This document shows, piece by piece, positions 42,853-53,007 of a DNA stretch of 64,000 bases; positions within the stretch are counted from its first letter, which is position 1; each line of letters starts with the position of its first letter. The DNA is from a virus. Taxonomy: Duplodnaviria; Caudoviricetes. The notes beneath the pieces were generated by a model. It ran no database searches. It was not told the DNA's origin and was given only the letters and a program-made list of their open reading frames with translations. The stretch is taken from positions 7,275-71,274 of the IMG/VR virus record IMGVR_UViG_3300037760_000038. One strand, given 5' to 3'. Made by a program: the position numbers and the translations under genes.

Positions 42853-43373
42853 TCCGGAGCCGAATCATCACGGGGTAGCCCCAACGCCAGCGCCCCACAG
42901 TAAACACCGTTGCCAAAAACGTCGTGGAAGTGTTCTAGGTTGCCTTCCCGAATGTTGGGGTTTACAAAGCACGCGCGCAGACCAGCGGCGGTAGCCGCAA
43001 GGTACATTTGCCCTAGTGCCGCTCCGGCGTCCAGATACGGCATGTACGAAATCTCGTTGCCTGCCTTGTATGCCCGAGGATCGCCCATCAGCAGGAGTAC
43101 AGCCGGTGCTCGATGAATCCAGCCCACACCGCCCACTAGCAACCCACCCAGCAGCGCTCTTTCATCCCGTCCAGTTACAACTTTGACGCTGACGCCACGT
43201 CTGTCGCAACTGGACGGAGCCCGACCTGCCGCTTTCAGAACGTCGTCAAGCGAGTCATCCGGAATCGGGTCATCAGAAAACACGCGGGCAGAGTGGCGCT
43301 CTTCGATCAAGCCCATCAAGACGTCTCGCTTGCGTCGCTGATGAGCCAGATAGCGCTCCTGGTATGGGTCCAC
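42831..43373 (-). CDS. nitroreductase-family flavoprotein
   Basis: RHSARVF, RAPSSCD, DAGAALGQMYLAATAAGLRACFV. Confidence 0.85.
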   Translation of the reverse strand: MDPYQERYLAHQRRKRDVLMGLIEERHSARVFSDDPIPDDSLDDVLKAAGRAPSSCDRRGVSVKVVTGRDERALLGGLLVGGVGWIHRAPAVLLLMGDPRAYKAGNEISYMPYLDAGAALGQMYLAATAAGLRACFVNPNIREGNLEHFHDVFGNGVYCGALALGLPRDDSAPEWVWETS

Positions 43374-43909
43374 TACAGAATCCTAGCAAACAGGATACGG
43401 GTCTGTCCAGGACCACCCCTGAGGATTACATCGTCAGTAGCGGTGCCGGAGACTCGAACACGCCAGAACAGGTCGCCGCCAGCGGCGCCCGTGGTGATAG
43501 TGCCTTCATCGCTGGCGTTGTGAAAGTTACCGGCGGTACTGGCGTCGGAGCCGCCAATAATCTGGAACGTCGTGTTGGCAGGGCGTCGCTTGATGATTAG
43601 TGACCCGGTGTTCAGACCGGTACCGGGGGACGCTACGTACGAGCTGGTAAACCTGTTGACAACGGTACCGGAGGGCACAAGCCAGTTAGCTGCCAAGGCG
43701 GAGTTAGATCCGGACACCGCACTGTACGAGATAAACAGGTGATGCCAGTAAACAGCGTTCGGCTCGAGCGGTATCACGATGTCGGTGTCTACCACCGTGG
43801 TACCGGAGACAACCTGATCCTCAGCTTGTTCGATGATACGGATGTTTCGGGCGTTGGCTCTTTCGGCCGTCCACACTAGTCCCGCTCGAAATTCAGGAAA
43901 CGCAGGCAT
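43373..43909 (-). CDS. minor tail protein
   Basis: MPAFPEFRAGLVWTAERAN N-terminus; position after the large tail gene. Confidence 0.6.
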   Translation of the reverse strand: MPAFPEFRAGLVWTAERANARNIRIIEQAEDQVVSGTTVVDTDIVIPLEPNAVYWHHLFISYSAVSGSNSALAANWLVPSGTVVNRFTSSYVASPGTGLNTGSLIIKRRPANTTFQIIGGSDASTAGNFHNASDEGTITTGAAGGDLFWRVRVSGTATDDVILRGGPGQTRILFARIL

Positions 43910-43921
43910 TCGGTAGCCTCC

Positions 43922-46900
43922 TCACAGTGCAATCACTCCGGGCCTATTCAGACTGATGCTGGACCCCTGATCGTGATCCTTGACGACGCCGTTGATTCCC
44001 CGCTCCACTCCGAAGCGCTGCGGATTAATCACCTGGAAGTCGGAAAACCTTAGCTGCGGATTGACGTTGGTGTTACCGCCGAAAGTGGAAGCGCTAATCC
44101 CGACCGCACCCGCTGCCACGGTGTCAACGTTTACCGTTCTATCGATGTGCCAGATGTGAGGCTCAGTCATCAGCTGGTCGCCGTCAAATCCGGGTCGTCC
44201 GGTTTGCCACGCTCGAGCCAGCACATGGTTGCCGGTTAGTCTGACTCTGAAGTGGAATTCGTCGCCCGGATCGTAAGTCAACGGAACCGAAGGCGACGAC
44301 CCGATTGCTGTTGTTCCCGAAGTGACCGACATGAACAGTTGGCCGCCAACCCCGAAGTGCAGACGTGCTCGGTAGTATTCAGCTCCGACTCCGGTACGAC
44401 GTAGCAAAACCGAGGGCAACATTGACGCGCCCGTGGCCGTCTGGTCCACTGAAATCTTGACCAAAATTTCACAGTCTGTTAGAAACTCCTCAGTCAACGT
44501 CTGGAAGCGGACGGACGATGAGGACGCCTGTAGTGTAACGATGCCCCGGTTGCTCGAAACCGACCTGTCAGTCGGGTCACCGCCCACCTCCAGCCACGCA
44601 GTGCCCGAACTCGCCACCCCCCACGTGTCGGTTTCAGTTCGTCGAAAGTTGTCCCATTCAGTAGGCTCGATGGCCTCGACTCGCATAGTCTCTCCGCCCG
44701 TGCGAACGTCGAACGGAAAGTCAGCCGGATTTACCGGGTCTATTCCGTCCGATACGATCCACAACGGCGATGAGCGGGTTTCCGGCTGTATCGTTTCGAC
44801 CAAAAACTGATCGTCGCCAGCCCCTACGGAGTCGTACAGTTCGGAGCCCGCAGTGTCCAGCCGACTGGGCTTGTCCGGCGGAACATCCAAAAGCTCAAAG
44901 CTCAGATCGTCCACGAACGCGGCGTCGGAGCCGTCGCTAACGCTGGAGTCCTTGAAATATCTAAGAGTAGCCGTAGTTACACCGGAGACGTCAAAGACGG
45001 CTCGAGTCCAGTCTACTTCGCCCGACGCCTCTAGTGCTAGCTCTTCGTCCAAATGTACCTGGAAGAAATCGAAGTCTTCCTCCGAGCTGACCAGGTACAT
45101 CAAGGTCATCTTGATGGCTCGATCCGGCACGATAATAACAGCGTCCGACTGCTCATCGTGCGTAATCACACCCGATCTGAAAGACCACGAACCCGAAAAC
45201 GCTTCGTCAGTGGTTCGGAACCAAGCCGCGTCTCCGCCGTCCTGGATTTCGAATTTACGCTCTTCCTCTTCGAAGTGGTCTGTTACGGTTTCAGTCGGTT
45301 CGATAACTACGACGTTCCAGGGAGAAGCCGGTGAGCAGTTTAGCAGAAAATCCCACCGGAACGCATTGATTCGTTCGGTGTACCCCTCAATGATCAGGTC
45401 GATGTCGTCGGGAGGATACCCTTCCGGCGGGTTAACGATATGCATCCGGTCTTGGGTGTCCAGGGCCAGAACATCATCTGCCAGGTACCGCACTCGTTCG
45501 TTCGCCATGTTTATGTGAACGGAAGGCCACCGCTGCTCGTCGATAGTTCCCAGATGAACCCGCCACCCTGCCTGCGATGGCAAGTCCTCGTCTCTGAAGG
45601 CGTTCAGAGACACGCTGGTATCGTATCGGCCGACTCCATCGGGCGGGTTGTTGATCGACAGCGGTCCTTCGTCCAGTGAAAATTCGGATCGCCCACCATC
45701 GAAGCGGGTGGCGATAACAGCGTTGATCAACTTCTGGTCATCCTGGGTCGGAGCCGGTGCGCTGCCAAGTTCGCCCTCTGACCAATTTAGAGTCAGCATG
45801 ACGTCTTGCAGATACCTTGACCGATTGGTTCGATACACCAGACCGGGCCCGTCACGGGAGTCGTATATCAAGCCTCCGTCTAGCTGTTCCTGGTGCCGAA
45901 GCAGAGACAGGAAGCTGTCCAGTTGCTGCGGTCCGGCCAACTGCGTGTCTTCGAAGGGACCACTAACCACCAGGTCCGTGTTGTTGTCGTCCCCCAACCG
46001 ATGGAAGTTGTCACCCGCCGGAGCGCCCTCAAGGCCGTTGGCCGCGTTAAAAATGGTCTCAGCTGTGGGGTGACTATCAAACACAAAATAGCCGGTGACA
46101 TGCCCGACCGCGATAGGTGTATGTTCGTCCAACCCGTCCCGCGCATCGTTCTCAAGCACGAACCGAAATGCAGGTTGAAGGGTGAATGCGTGCGAATCCG
46201 AGTCGATCTCAGATCCGTCAATAAAGATGGTCCACGAGGTGGTGGAAACTCGCAACCGTATTGTGTGCAACTCGTTGTTGAACAGTGTAGGCACGTTCTG
46301 GCTGGATAGCAACGAGATGCTGGATGTGGTTTCGCCGATGTGCTCAACCCGCAAGATAACGTTACGAGTATCGGCTTCAGTGATCAGATGCCAGATGCGT
46401 CGATTGTCATCGTCGGTACCTGCCCCAACGTCCATGATGCTGAACGTTACATCGCCGCCAGCCCCCCGACGCACGTAGTCCATGTCCCACCGGTCAGACA
46501 CCTGTGAATCGAGGTTACCGAAAACGTACGTCAGCAGATCGGTGGGGCAGTTCAGGACGTTCTCCATATGCGCACCCAATACGCCCTGGCCCCACCCCAT
46601 TCGGTACCGAACGCCGTCATTGTCGGTCATCCGAGACCTTACAAAGAAGTCTCCGATGCTGGGCGCAGCCACGTCCCCTGAGCCCGCTTGTTCGGTCAGC
46701 GGCCAATACGACCGGGCGCGGCTGGCGAACTGTTCGGTCAGGGTCTGGAGAGCCGAAGGTAGCACGGCACTGGACTGGCGGATACGGCGGGTGGAGCCGC
46801 TGGCGGTTATCGGCACCCAGTGATCGTTGCCTGACAGGTCCCAACGCTGCGGCCATTCGGAGATCTCACCAGCGAATCGCTCCTGACGATCCGTGATCTC

Positions 46901-47791
46901 CGCCTCGCCGGTAAGAGTCCACGGCACTCCTGCGTCATCCGTAAAGGAAATGGTGCCGATTTCCAGGGCGGTAAAGTCTGCCTGTACTACTGTAGGGCCG
47001 TCAATGCCGTCATGTATCTGCAGTCCGTACGCTTCCATAAACTCGTTGTTTATGGATTGCGTGATGCCAAGCTCCAGGGCGGCAGCACTGTCGTGAATCT
47101 GCGTGACACCCGCCCGAACCTCCGGGTCTCCCAGTTGAGTCCAGGGTCCGTTGATGGTTTCGCCTGTGTAGAAAGTTACTACGTGGTTGCCGGTCAGATC
47201 GTCCGTGAGCAGTGTCACACGAAACCGAATTCGCCTGCCGCTGACGGAAGGCAAAACCGGAGAACTAACGGTGTTCTGGAAGACGCTGGCGCCGTCTTCC
47301 GACCAACTGAAGTCGATTCGGTTAGGGTGTTGACGCAGCTGAAACGAGTTGTCGCCGATCTCTCCCTTTTCAAGGAGGTCTCCGAAGTCTTGAAAACCTC
47401 CTAGCCCACCGCTCCAAGAGCGTAGAGCGAAGTCCATGCGGATGTCAATGTCACCGGTCACGCTGATCTGCGGCGAGTCGGGAGTGGTAGCCACCGACTC
47501 TTGGTCGTCAGGCAACCGGGCGTACGGACTTCCTGCGAAGATGGCAAGGCGGAACGGTGTGTTACGGCCGATCTTGCCGAACAGCGGGGAGTCCGGATTG
47601 GTCGGAGTGTACAGACCATCACGGTTGTTGATGACCATAGTACACTTGGAAGGGTCGGCAAACGCGCCCTCCTCGCGTCGGCCATACTCGATCTGCACGT
47701 CGTGAGTCATGCGCAAATCTTCCCGAATGCTCAGCCACTCTTCCTCGACGAGGATTTCGGGCTCAACTATCAGGGGAAATTCAACAGTCAC
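43922..47791 (-). CDS. large minor tail/baseplate hub protein with LamG-like domains
   Basis: follows the tape measure gene; NRDGLYTPTNP; LamG-like DIDIR..; beta-sandwich domains. Confidence 0.75.
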   Translation of the reverse strand: MTVEFPLIVEPEILVEEEWLSIREDLRMTHDVQIEYGRREEGAFADPSKCTMVINNRDGLYTPTNPDSPLFGKIGRNTPFRLAIFAGSPYARLPDDQESVATTPDSPQISVTGDIDIRMDFALRSWSGGLGGFQDFGDLLEKGEIGDNSFQLRQHPNRIDFSWSEDGASVFQNTVSSPVLPSVSGRRIRFRVTLLTDDLTGNHVVTFYTGETINGPWTQLGDPEVRAGVTQIHDSAAALELGITQSINNEFMEAYGLQIHDGIDGPTVVQADFTALEIGTISFTDDAGVPWTLTGEAEITDRQERFAGEISEWPQRWDLSGNDHWVPITASGSTRRIRQSSAVLPSALQTLTEQFASRARSYWPLTEQAGSGDVAAPSIGDFFVRSRMTDNDGVRYRMGWGQGVLGAHMENVLNCPTDLLTYVFGNLDSQVSDRWDMDYVRRGAGGDVTFSIMDVGAGTDDDNRRIWHLITEADTRNVILRVEHIGETTSSISLLSSQNVPTLFNNELHTIRLRVSTTSWTIFIDGSEIDSDSHAFTLQPAFRFVLENDARDGLDEHTPIAVGHVTGYFVFDSHPTAETIFNAANGLEGAPAGDNFHRLGDDNNTDLVVSGPFEDTQLAGPQQLDSFLSLLRHQEQLDGGLIYDSRDGPGLVYRTNRSRYLQDVMLTLNWSEGELGSAPAPTQDDQKLINAVIATRFDGGRSEFSLDEGPLSINNPPDGVGRYDTSVSLNAFRDEDLPSQAGWRVHLGTIDEQRWPSVHINMANERVRYLADDVLALDTQDRMHIVNPPEGYPPDDIDLIIEGYTERINAFRWDFLLNCSPASPWNVVVIEPTETVTDHFEEEERKFEIQDGGDAAWFRTTDEAFSGSWSFRSGVITHDEQSDAVIIVPDRAIKMTLMYLVSSEEDFDFFQVHLDEELALEASGEVDWTRAVFDVSGVTTATLRYFKDSSVSDGSDAAFVDDLSFELLDVPPDKPSRLDTAGSELYDSVGAGDDQFLVETIQPETRSSPLWIVSDGIDPVNPADFPFDVRTGGETMRVEAIEPTEWDNFRRTETDTWGVASSGTAWLEVGGDPTDRSVSSNRGIVTLQASSSSVRFQTLTEEFLTDCEILVKISVDQTATGASMLPSVLLRRTGVGAEYYRARLHFGVGGQLFMSVTSGTTAIGSSPSVPLTYDPGDEFHFRVRLTGNHVLARAWQTGRPGFDGDQLMTEPHIWHIDRTVNVDTVAAGAVGISASTFGGNTNVNPQLRFSDFQVINPQRFGVERGINGVVKDHDQGSSISLNRPGVIAL

Positions 47792-47809
47792 TTTGACTCC
47801 TCCTGACCG

Positions 47810-50641
47810 TTAGACCGTGGCCTGGACATCGAGACCTTCAGACCGCATCATCCGGCGCCACATCTCAACCATGCGAACGTCGGTGCCGGTGACGTCTACA
47901 ATCAACCGCTGAGGCTCGAACTCGGTTCGAGTAGTAGTCCGTACGTCTCCCACCATGTTGGGGACGTCGTTGCCCAAGTTCCGCAGAGTGGTTCGGATGT
48001 TTCGAGCACCTCTTTCGATACCGTTGGCGAAACCTTCCATAACCCAGTCGCCTGCGGGTTCTAGCAACTGAAGGTCAACGCGTCGCGGACCCTTCCAGTT
48101 GGTTAGCTGCCTACCTACCCACCCAGCAGCGTCTTTGACTACGTTCTTGGCTCCGTCCTTGATGCCGCTGGCCAGTCCTCTCATCAGGTCCCATCCGGCG
48201 GACACCAAACTGCCTATCCCGCTTGCTATCCCCCTGACGATGGCCGGGATGACCTCAAGAATGATGGTCAACAGGATAAGTGGAATAGCCTTGATCAGTC
48301 CCTTAACCAGGGCGATGATGATCCTAACACCTGCCGAAATAATCACGGGTAGCAGCCTAATTATGACCTTGACAAGAGTCGGGATCATGTCGAACACAAA
48401 CTGAATTAGCATGGGAAGAGCGTCTACCAGACCCTCAAGCAAAGCTTCTATCAGTTCGACGCCCGTGTCTATGATGGTAGGCAGCATGCTGACCGCAGTC
48501 TCGACCAACGACACCACTACCTCGACGGCAAAGTCGATGATGTCGGGCAGGATCGAAATTAGACCTTCCAGCAAGGCCAGTAGCAGTTCCACACCCGCTT
48601 CTACCAGCACCGGCAGGAACTCGAGGATGGTCTCGATCAAGGTGGGCAACGCGTCGCTCGAAATGAACTCGAGCAATATCGGCAGAGCCTCGGTTATTCC
48701 GGCCAGCAAAGCGTCTATTAGCTGGGTTCCGGACTCGACGATGAACGGCATCGCTTCAGTCAGCGTTTGTATTACAGCGCTGATAAGCGATACGATTCCC
48801 TCAACCAACAAGGGCAGGATTATCGCAACGGCGGTCAGCAGACCTTCGAGCAGAAGGACGGCACCTTCGATCAACAGCGGAAGCGCCATTATCAGCACAT
48901 CGACCAGCTGTTGAATCATCGCGCTGATGGCTTCGATCAACTGTGGTATGATGATCGGAAGTGCTTTGACCAAAACTTCGAATAGCTGAAGTGCCGCCTC
49001 AAACAGAGCCTGCCGGATCTGCATGACTGTTCGAATGATGTCGGGCGCAGCATCTGCGATAGCCTGAACGACATCCCTAAAGATGTCCTGCAACGCGGAC
49101 AAGAGCTTAGGTCCGTCAGCCTTAAAAATCTTGCGGACTTCGGCCAGCGCTCCACCCAGACCGTCTTTACTAAAGGCTTCCTTAACGTCCTTGGCTCGGT
49201 CTATCAGCTTACCGAAGATGGCCTTAAGCTTGCCGACCGCTTCGCCGATAGCGCCACGGAACGACTCGGAATTCTTGATGGCCCAGACAAACGCTGCTAC
49301 CAGCGCCCCCAACGCTGCCACCACCAAGAAGATGGGGTTGAGCAGCATGGCGAATCGGAGCGCAGCCAGCGCTCGGATTACCGTCATCACCGTAGCCGCA
49401 ACTACGGTAAGTTGCGTAATGAACGACCCTAGCAGCCAGATAAGCGGGCCGACAGCGATAAGTATCGCTCCGGCCGCTAGAGCGTACTTAAGGAACTTGG
49501 GGTCGCCGTTCTTTAGAGCTTCCGACACGCGGGTGATGGCGTCAGTCAGCTTGGTTACCAGCACGCGTACGTGATCGAGCGCCCCAGAATCGGACATCAG
49601 AACAAGGTGGAACTCTTCCCACGCAGACTTAAGGCGACCCATATCGCCGCGTAGGTTATCCCCCATGACCTCGGCCATAGTGGCAGCCGAACCCGTGGTT
49701 TCCTGCATCTCCTTTTTGAGTTCGGCCAGCCGCTCTTCAGACAAACCTAGAGTCGAAGCAAATTTACGGCCGTGTTCCTTACCGAACGCTTCAGTAATAT
49801 CACTGAAGCCTAGACCCGCTTTTTTGGCATCGGTAATTACGTCGGTGAAATCTCGGGCAACGCCGTTGGCGTCCATCAGCGAGATTCCGTACTTGCCGAA
49901 AACCTTGGTAGCCTTAGACCCCTCGTTCTGCATGTCGCCGAGGATCGACGCCAGGGCGGTTCCCGCTTTTTCGCCCTGAATACCGACGTCGCCGAATACC
50001 GCCACCGCCTGCGCTGCCTGCTCAACAGACCAGCCCGCCAGGTTGGCCGGACCCGCAACCTCAGCAAACGCGGAACCCATCTGAGCAACTGACGTGTTGG
50101 CGATAGACGCGCCCTTAGCCATCGCGTCGGTGATTCGCGTAAGTTCTGAAGCTTCCATGCCCATACCGGACATCACGTTAGACGCAATGTCAGCGGCGTC
50201 GGCAAGATCTAGCTGACCGGCAGCGGCCAAGTCGAGTGTGGCGGGCAGAGATTCGATGATCTGACCAGTGCTAAGACCAGCCATACCGAGGAAGCCCATG
50301 GCGTCGGCTGCTTCGGTGGCACTAAACTGAGTAACCTTGGCCAACTCGCGCGCGCGGTCGGCCATCTTGTCCATTTCGTCGGACGACGCACCGGTAACGG
50401 CCTGGACCAGGCTAAGGCCCTTTTCGAAGTTGGCCGCTGTGTCTAGGGCAGACTTGCCTACAGCGGCCAACGGAAGCGAGATGCCGAGGGCCATGCTTTT
50501 GCCAACGTCGGCCGTGCGCTGACCCGCTCGCTCGACACGACCCAGCTGACGATCGATGTTGTCAGCCGCGCGCCGAGCGCCTCGATCCAGGTCGCTTGCG
50601 TCCAGTCCGAGACGAACCATCAGATCGGCCAGAATTGCCAT
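47810..50641 (-). CDS. tape measure protein (TP901 family)
   Basis: TQFSATEAADAM, LDLAAAG, GEKAGTAL, amphipathic repeats. Confidence 0.95.
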   Translation of the reverse strand: MAILADLMVRLGLDASDLDRGARRAADNIDRQLGRVERAGQRTADVGKSMALGISLPLAAVGKSALDTAANFEKGLSLVQAVTGASSDEMDKMADRARELAKVTQFSATEAADAMGFLGMAGLSTGQIIESLPATLDLAAAGQLDLADAADIASNVMSGMGMEASELTRITDAMAKGASIANTSVAQMGSAFAEVAGPANLAGWSVEQAAQAVAVFGDVGIQGEKAGTALASILGDMQNEGSKATKVFGKYGISLMDANGVARDFTDVITDAKKAGLGFSDITEAFGKEHGRKFASTLGLSEERLAELKKEMQETTGSAATMAEVMGDNLRGDMGRLKSAWEEFHLVLMSDSGALDHVRVLVTKLTDAITRVSEALKNGDPKFLKYALAAGAILIAVGPLIWLLGSFITQLTVVAATVMTVIRALAALRFAMLLNPIFLVVAALGALVAAFVWAIKNSESFRGAIGEAVGKLKAIFGKLIDRAKDVKEAFSKDGLGGALAEVRKIFKADGPKLLSALQDIFRDVVQAIADAAPDIIRTVMQIRQALFEAALQLFEVLVKALPIIIPQLIEAISAMIQQLVDVLIMALPLLIEGAVLLLEGLLTAVAIILPLLVEGIVSLISAVIQTLTEAMPFIVESGTQLIDALLAGITEALPILLEFISSDALPTLIETILEFLPVLVEAGVELLLALLEGLISILPDIIDFAVEVVVSLVETAVSMLPTIIDTGVELIEALLEGLVDALPMLIQFVFDMIPTLVKVIIRLLPVIISAGVRIIIALVKGLIKAIPLILLTIILEVIPAIVRGIASGIGSLVSAGWDLMRGLASGIKDGAKNVVKDAAGWVGRQLTNWKGPRRVDLQLLEPAGDWVMEGFANGIERGARNIRTTLRNLGNDVPNMVGDVRTTTRTEFEPQRLIVDVTGTDVRMVEMWRRMMRSEGLDVQATV

Positions 50642-50960
50642 GTTGGCGCTCCTTTCTGATTCGGCGAGCTTCCCTCTTGCGCTGCGTTGCTTCGTCCCGG
50701 TTGTACGCGGACTGGACGCCCTTGGCTATCCTCAACATCTGGCTCGGAGTCATGGGCTCCTTCGGACCCCACTTGATCATGTGGTCTTCAATGGACGACT
50801 TCCTACCGCGCTTCAGGTGCGGGGATACCACGTCCATGCCCAACCGGGCAAACAGATAGTCGAATCGGCGAGGACCGATCGAACCAAAGATGTTCTCATA
50901 GGCGACAAGGTAGGTTAGCTCTTCCTCGGTGAATCTGTCAAGCACCTCAGAAGGAGTCAT
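50562..50960 (-). CDS. tail assembly chaperone, post-frameshift portion
   Basis: frame open from 51020 (GKFRRRPEL...QMTPSEV). Confidence 0.75.
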   Translation of the reverse strand: MTPSEVLDRFTEEELTYLVAYENIFGSIGPRRFDYLFARLGMDVVSPHLKRGRKSSIEDHMIKWGPKEPMTPSQMLRIAKGVQSAYNRDEATQRKREARRIRKERQHGNSGRSDGSSRTGRKRPGSRRSARG

Positions 50961-50992
50961 TTGGAACGCGACGGCCAGTTTGTACTGAAGGG

Positions 50993-51400
50993 CTAGCTCT
51001 GGCCGTCGTCGGAATTTCCCTCAGCGTCCTTGACCTTATCGCCGAAAGTCTTGTCCTGGTCGGACAGCTTGCCGATCAGAACGAACAGACCGGCGATAAT
51101 GCCCGCGTTCTTCTTGCTCAGGATCTTGGAGCCCTCTACCGGGTCCGTGAAGATCTTCTCGTCGGTCTCGGGATCGTACAGAGCGTGAGCCACCAGCGTT
51201 GCCCGGTTGCTGTTGGTCTGCACCTCGGCCATGTCCGTCTTGGTGCTCATCTGCAACTTGTGGACGCGGTTCTGGTACGTCTCCCAGACGTCAGAGGGCA
51301 CGCTACGAACCCGATACTTGGCGTTTCCCCACTCGGGGATGTCTACATCCTCGTACTTGCCATCGTCCGAGTTACGGATGAGTTCCTTGAGGCTGGACAT
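50993..51400 (-). CDS. tail assembly chaperone
   Basis: position between tail tube and tape measure genes; slippery site near the end. Confidence 0.85.
   Translation of the reverse strand: MSSLKELIRNSDDGKYEDVDIPEWGNAKYRVRSVPSDVWETYQNRVHKLQMSTKTDMAEVQTNSNRATLVAHALYDPETDEKIFTDPVEGSKILSKKNAGIIAGLFVLIGKLSDQDKTFGDKVKDAEGNSDDGQS
51014..51020 (-). other. -1 programmed frameshift site G GGA AAT
   Basis: XXXYYYZ heptamer; the -1 frame joins ORF 50562-50960. Confidence 0.8.
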
Positions 51401-51420
51401 GGGGGTGACTCCTGTCAGGG

Positions 51421-51846
51421 TCAGCTTTCGTCGTTGAGGAAGTCGGGCTTACCCGAGATCTTGAACGAGGCGGAAGCGGTGAGCTTGTCGTCGTGCGGGG
51501 CGTCCGGCTCGAACGAGACCAGACCAGCCTTGAAATGCCAGGTGGTCTCTTCCGGGTCGGGCCAGATGATGCGGTAGTTGCGCGGCTCCGAAGTGTCGAA
51601 GTCGGTCATCAGCAGGTCGTGGATGGGCGGATCGTAGTTCAGGTCCGCCGACACCTCACCCGTCCGCTTGATGCCGAAGATGATCTCTTCCCACTGCTCC
51701 GGGGAGTCGTGAGCCGTGACGTCCAGCTGTTCACGGGTGATGGACGGACCACCCAGCGAGGTGATGTTGGCGATCGCCACGTAATCTTCGCCGTCGATGG
51801 TCTCCTCACGCTCGAAGCGTACCCCGAATGCGTCAAGTCCAGCCAT
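51421..51846 (-). CDS. major tail (tube) protein
   Basis: ITSLGGPSI..LDVTAHDS..GEVSADLNYDP..FKISGKP. Confidence 0.9.
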   Translation of the reverse strand: MAGLDAFGVRFEREETIDGEDYVAIANITSLGGPSITREQLDVTAHDSPEQWEEIIFGIKRTGEVSADLNYDPPIHDLLMTDFDTSEPRNYRIIWPDPEETTWHFKAGLVSFEPDAPHDDKLTASASFKISGKPDFLNDES

Positions 51847-51848
51847 GG

Positions 51849-52268
51849 CTAAGCACCTTCCTTCTCTTGTTCAGTGTTGATCCGGTAACGCACCGGGACG
51901 TGTCTGAGGCGGGGGTTGGGGTCCCTAAGCGTCCTGGTCATGTCCAGCCGAATGGACACGATGTGGTGCCCCTCAACCGACAATCTTTGGTTTTGATGGT
52001 TGAGCACCCCGGTTATCTCTTTGACGATAGTCAGAGCTTCAGAGAACCCCTCGGATTCAGTCCACACATGCAGGGTGTGCGTAGTTTCTGACCCATATCC
52101 GCCGTGATGGTTGTCCGGTAGCTCGGTGCATTCGCCGATAACCACGTACGGTTTGGGCTCAGTTTCCGGTGGCTCATCGAATACCGGAACACTGAGGTTG
52201 GCCGACAAGGTTTCGAACAAGGCTATCTGCAAGGCCAGCAACGGCGAGTCAGCAACCGGGTTGATCAC
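51849..52268 (-). CDS. tail terminator (DUF3168-like)
   Basis: VFDEPP..PYVVIGE, TLHVW. Confidence 0.8.
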   Translation of the reverse strand: MINPVADSPLLALQIALFETLSANLSVPVFDEPPETEPKPYVVIGECTELPDNHHGGYGSETTHTLHVWTESEGFSEALTIVKEITGVLNHQNQRLSVEGHHIVSIRLDMTRTLRDPNPRLRHVPVRYRINTEQEKEGA

Positions 52269-52633
52269 GGCAGCACCTCCCGACGAACGTGCTCCTTAAC
52301 CGCTCGGGGAAACCGACGACGCGCAGACTCAGCGGCGGGGGTGGCGTACGGCTGGCTGGGGGTGTCGCTGGTTCCGTACTCTACAGCCAACGCGTAGTCG
52401 ATCTCGTCCCCCGGGCCGATTTCAGCCGTTAGTTCGTCTCGACTGATGTCTGTTCGGATGGAGTCCCGAAGAGCGCCCGTGTCCACGGGAACGAAATCCT
52501 CCATGTCGGCGTGAACTTCTCGGGCGGTCTGTTCTATCGCCCGAGCTGCTCCGCGCAGCATTTTGTCCGGAAGCTCTTGCAGCGCACGCCTGAGTTCATC
52601 CGCACCTTCGATGTGAACCGACCGCCTAGCCAT
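52265..52633 (-). CDS. HK97 gp10-like neck protein
   Basis: PVDTGALRDSI, YALAVEYGTS..QPY..PA. Confidence 0.85.
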   Translation of the reverse strand: MARRSVHIEGADELRRALQELPDKMLRGAARAIEQTAREVHADMEDFVPVDTGALRDSIRTDISRDELTAEIGPGDEIDYALAVEYGTSDTPSQPYATPAAESARRRFPRAVKEHVRREVLP

Positions 52634-53004
52634 CAGGACTCCACTTCGTTGGTGGGTTCCGACTGCACTAGCTCGCATTCAACCCTGATGTAGACGTCAG
52701 GGTTGGTGGACAGCTGAGATCCCATGATCCTGAACTTTTCGTCAAAGTCAGGATCTCGCCACTCATCCCCGCGCAGGACGTCAGACCCCTCGTCTGCGTA
52801 GCCGATGTGGGTAAGTTCAGCAGCCGCCTGCATGGGGCCGATAGCAGTTCGAGAGAACGTACGTTCGGACACCGACGCTCTCGACATTCTGACATCCAGG
52901 TAGTGCGAAAACACCCGATCGGTGATCCATCCGCCAGCGCCATCGGCTATGCGCTGCTTTCGCCAGACCTGTACAGTTCTGTTGAGCAGATGGGCCACCG
53001 ACAT
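52633..53004 (-). CDS. head closure/head-tail adaptor
   Basis: LLNRTVQV..DGAGG; position. Confidence 0.75.
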   Translation of the reverse strand: MSVAHLLNRTVQVWRKQRIADGAGGWITDRVFSHYLDVRMSRASVSERTFSRTAIGPMQAAAELTHIGYADEGSDVLRGDEWRDPDFDEKFRIMGSQLSTNPDVYIRVECELVQSEPTNEVES

Positions 53005-53007
53005 GGT

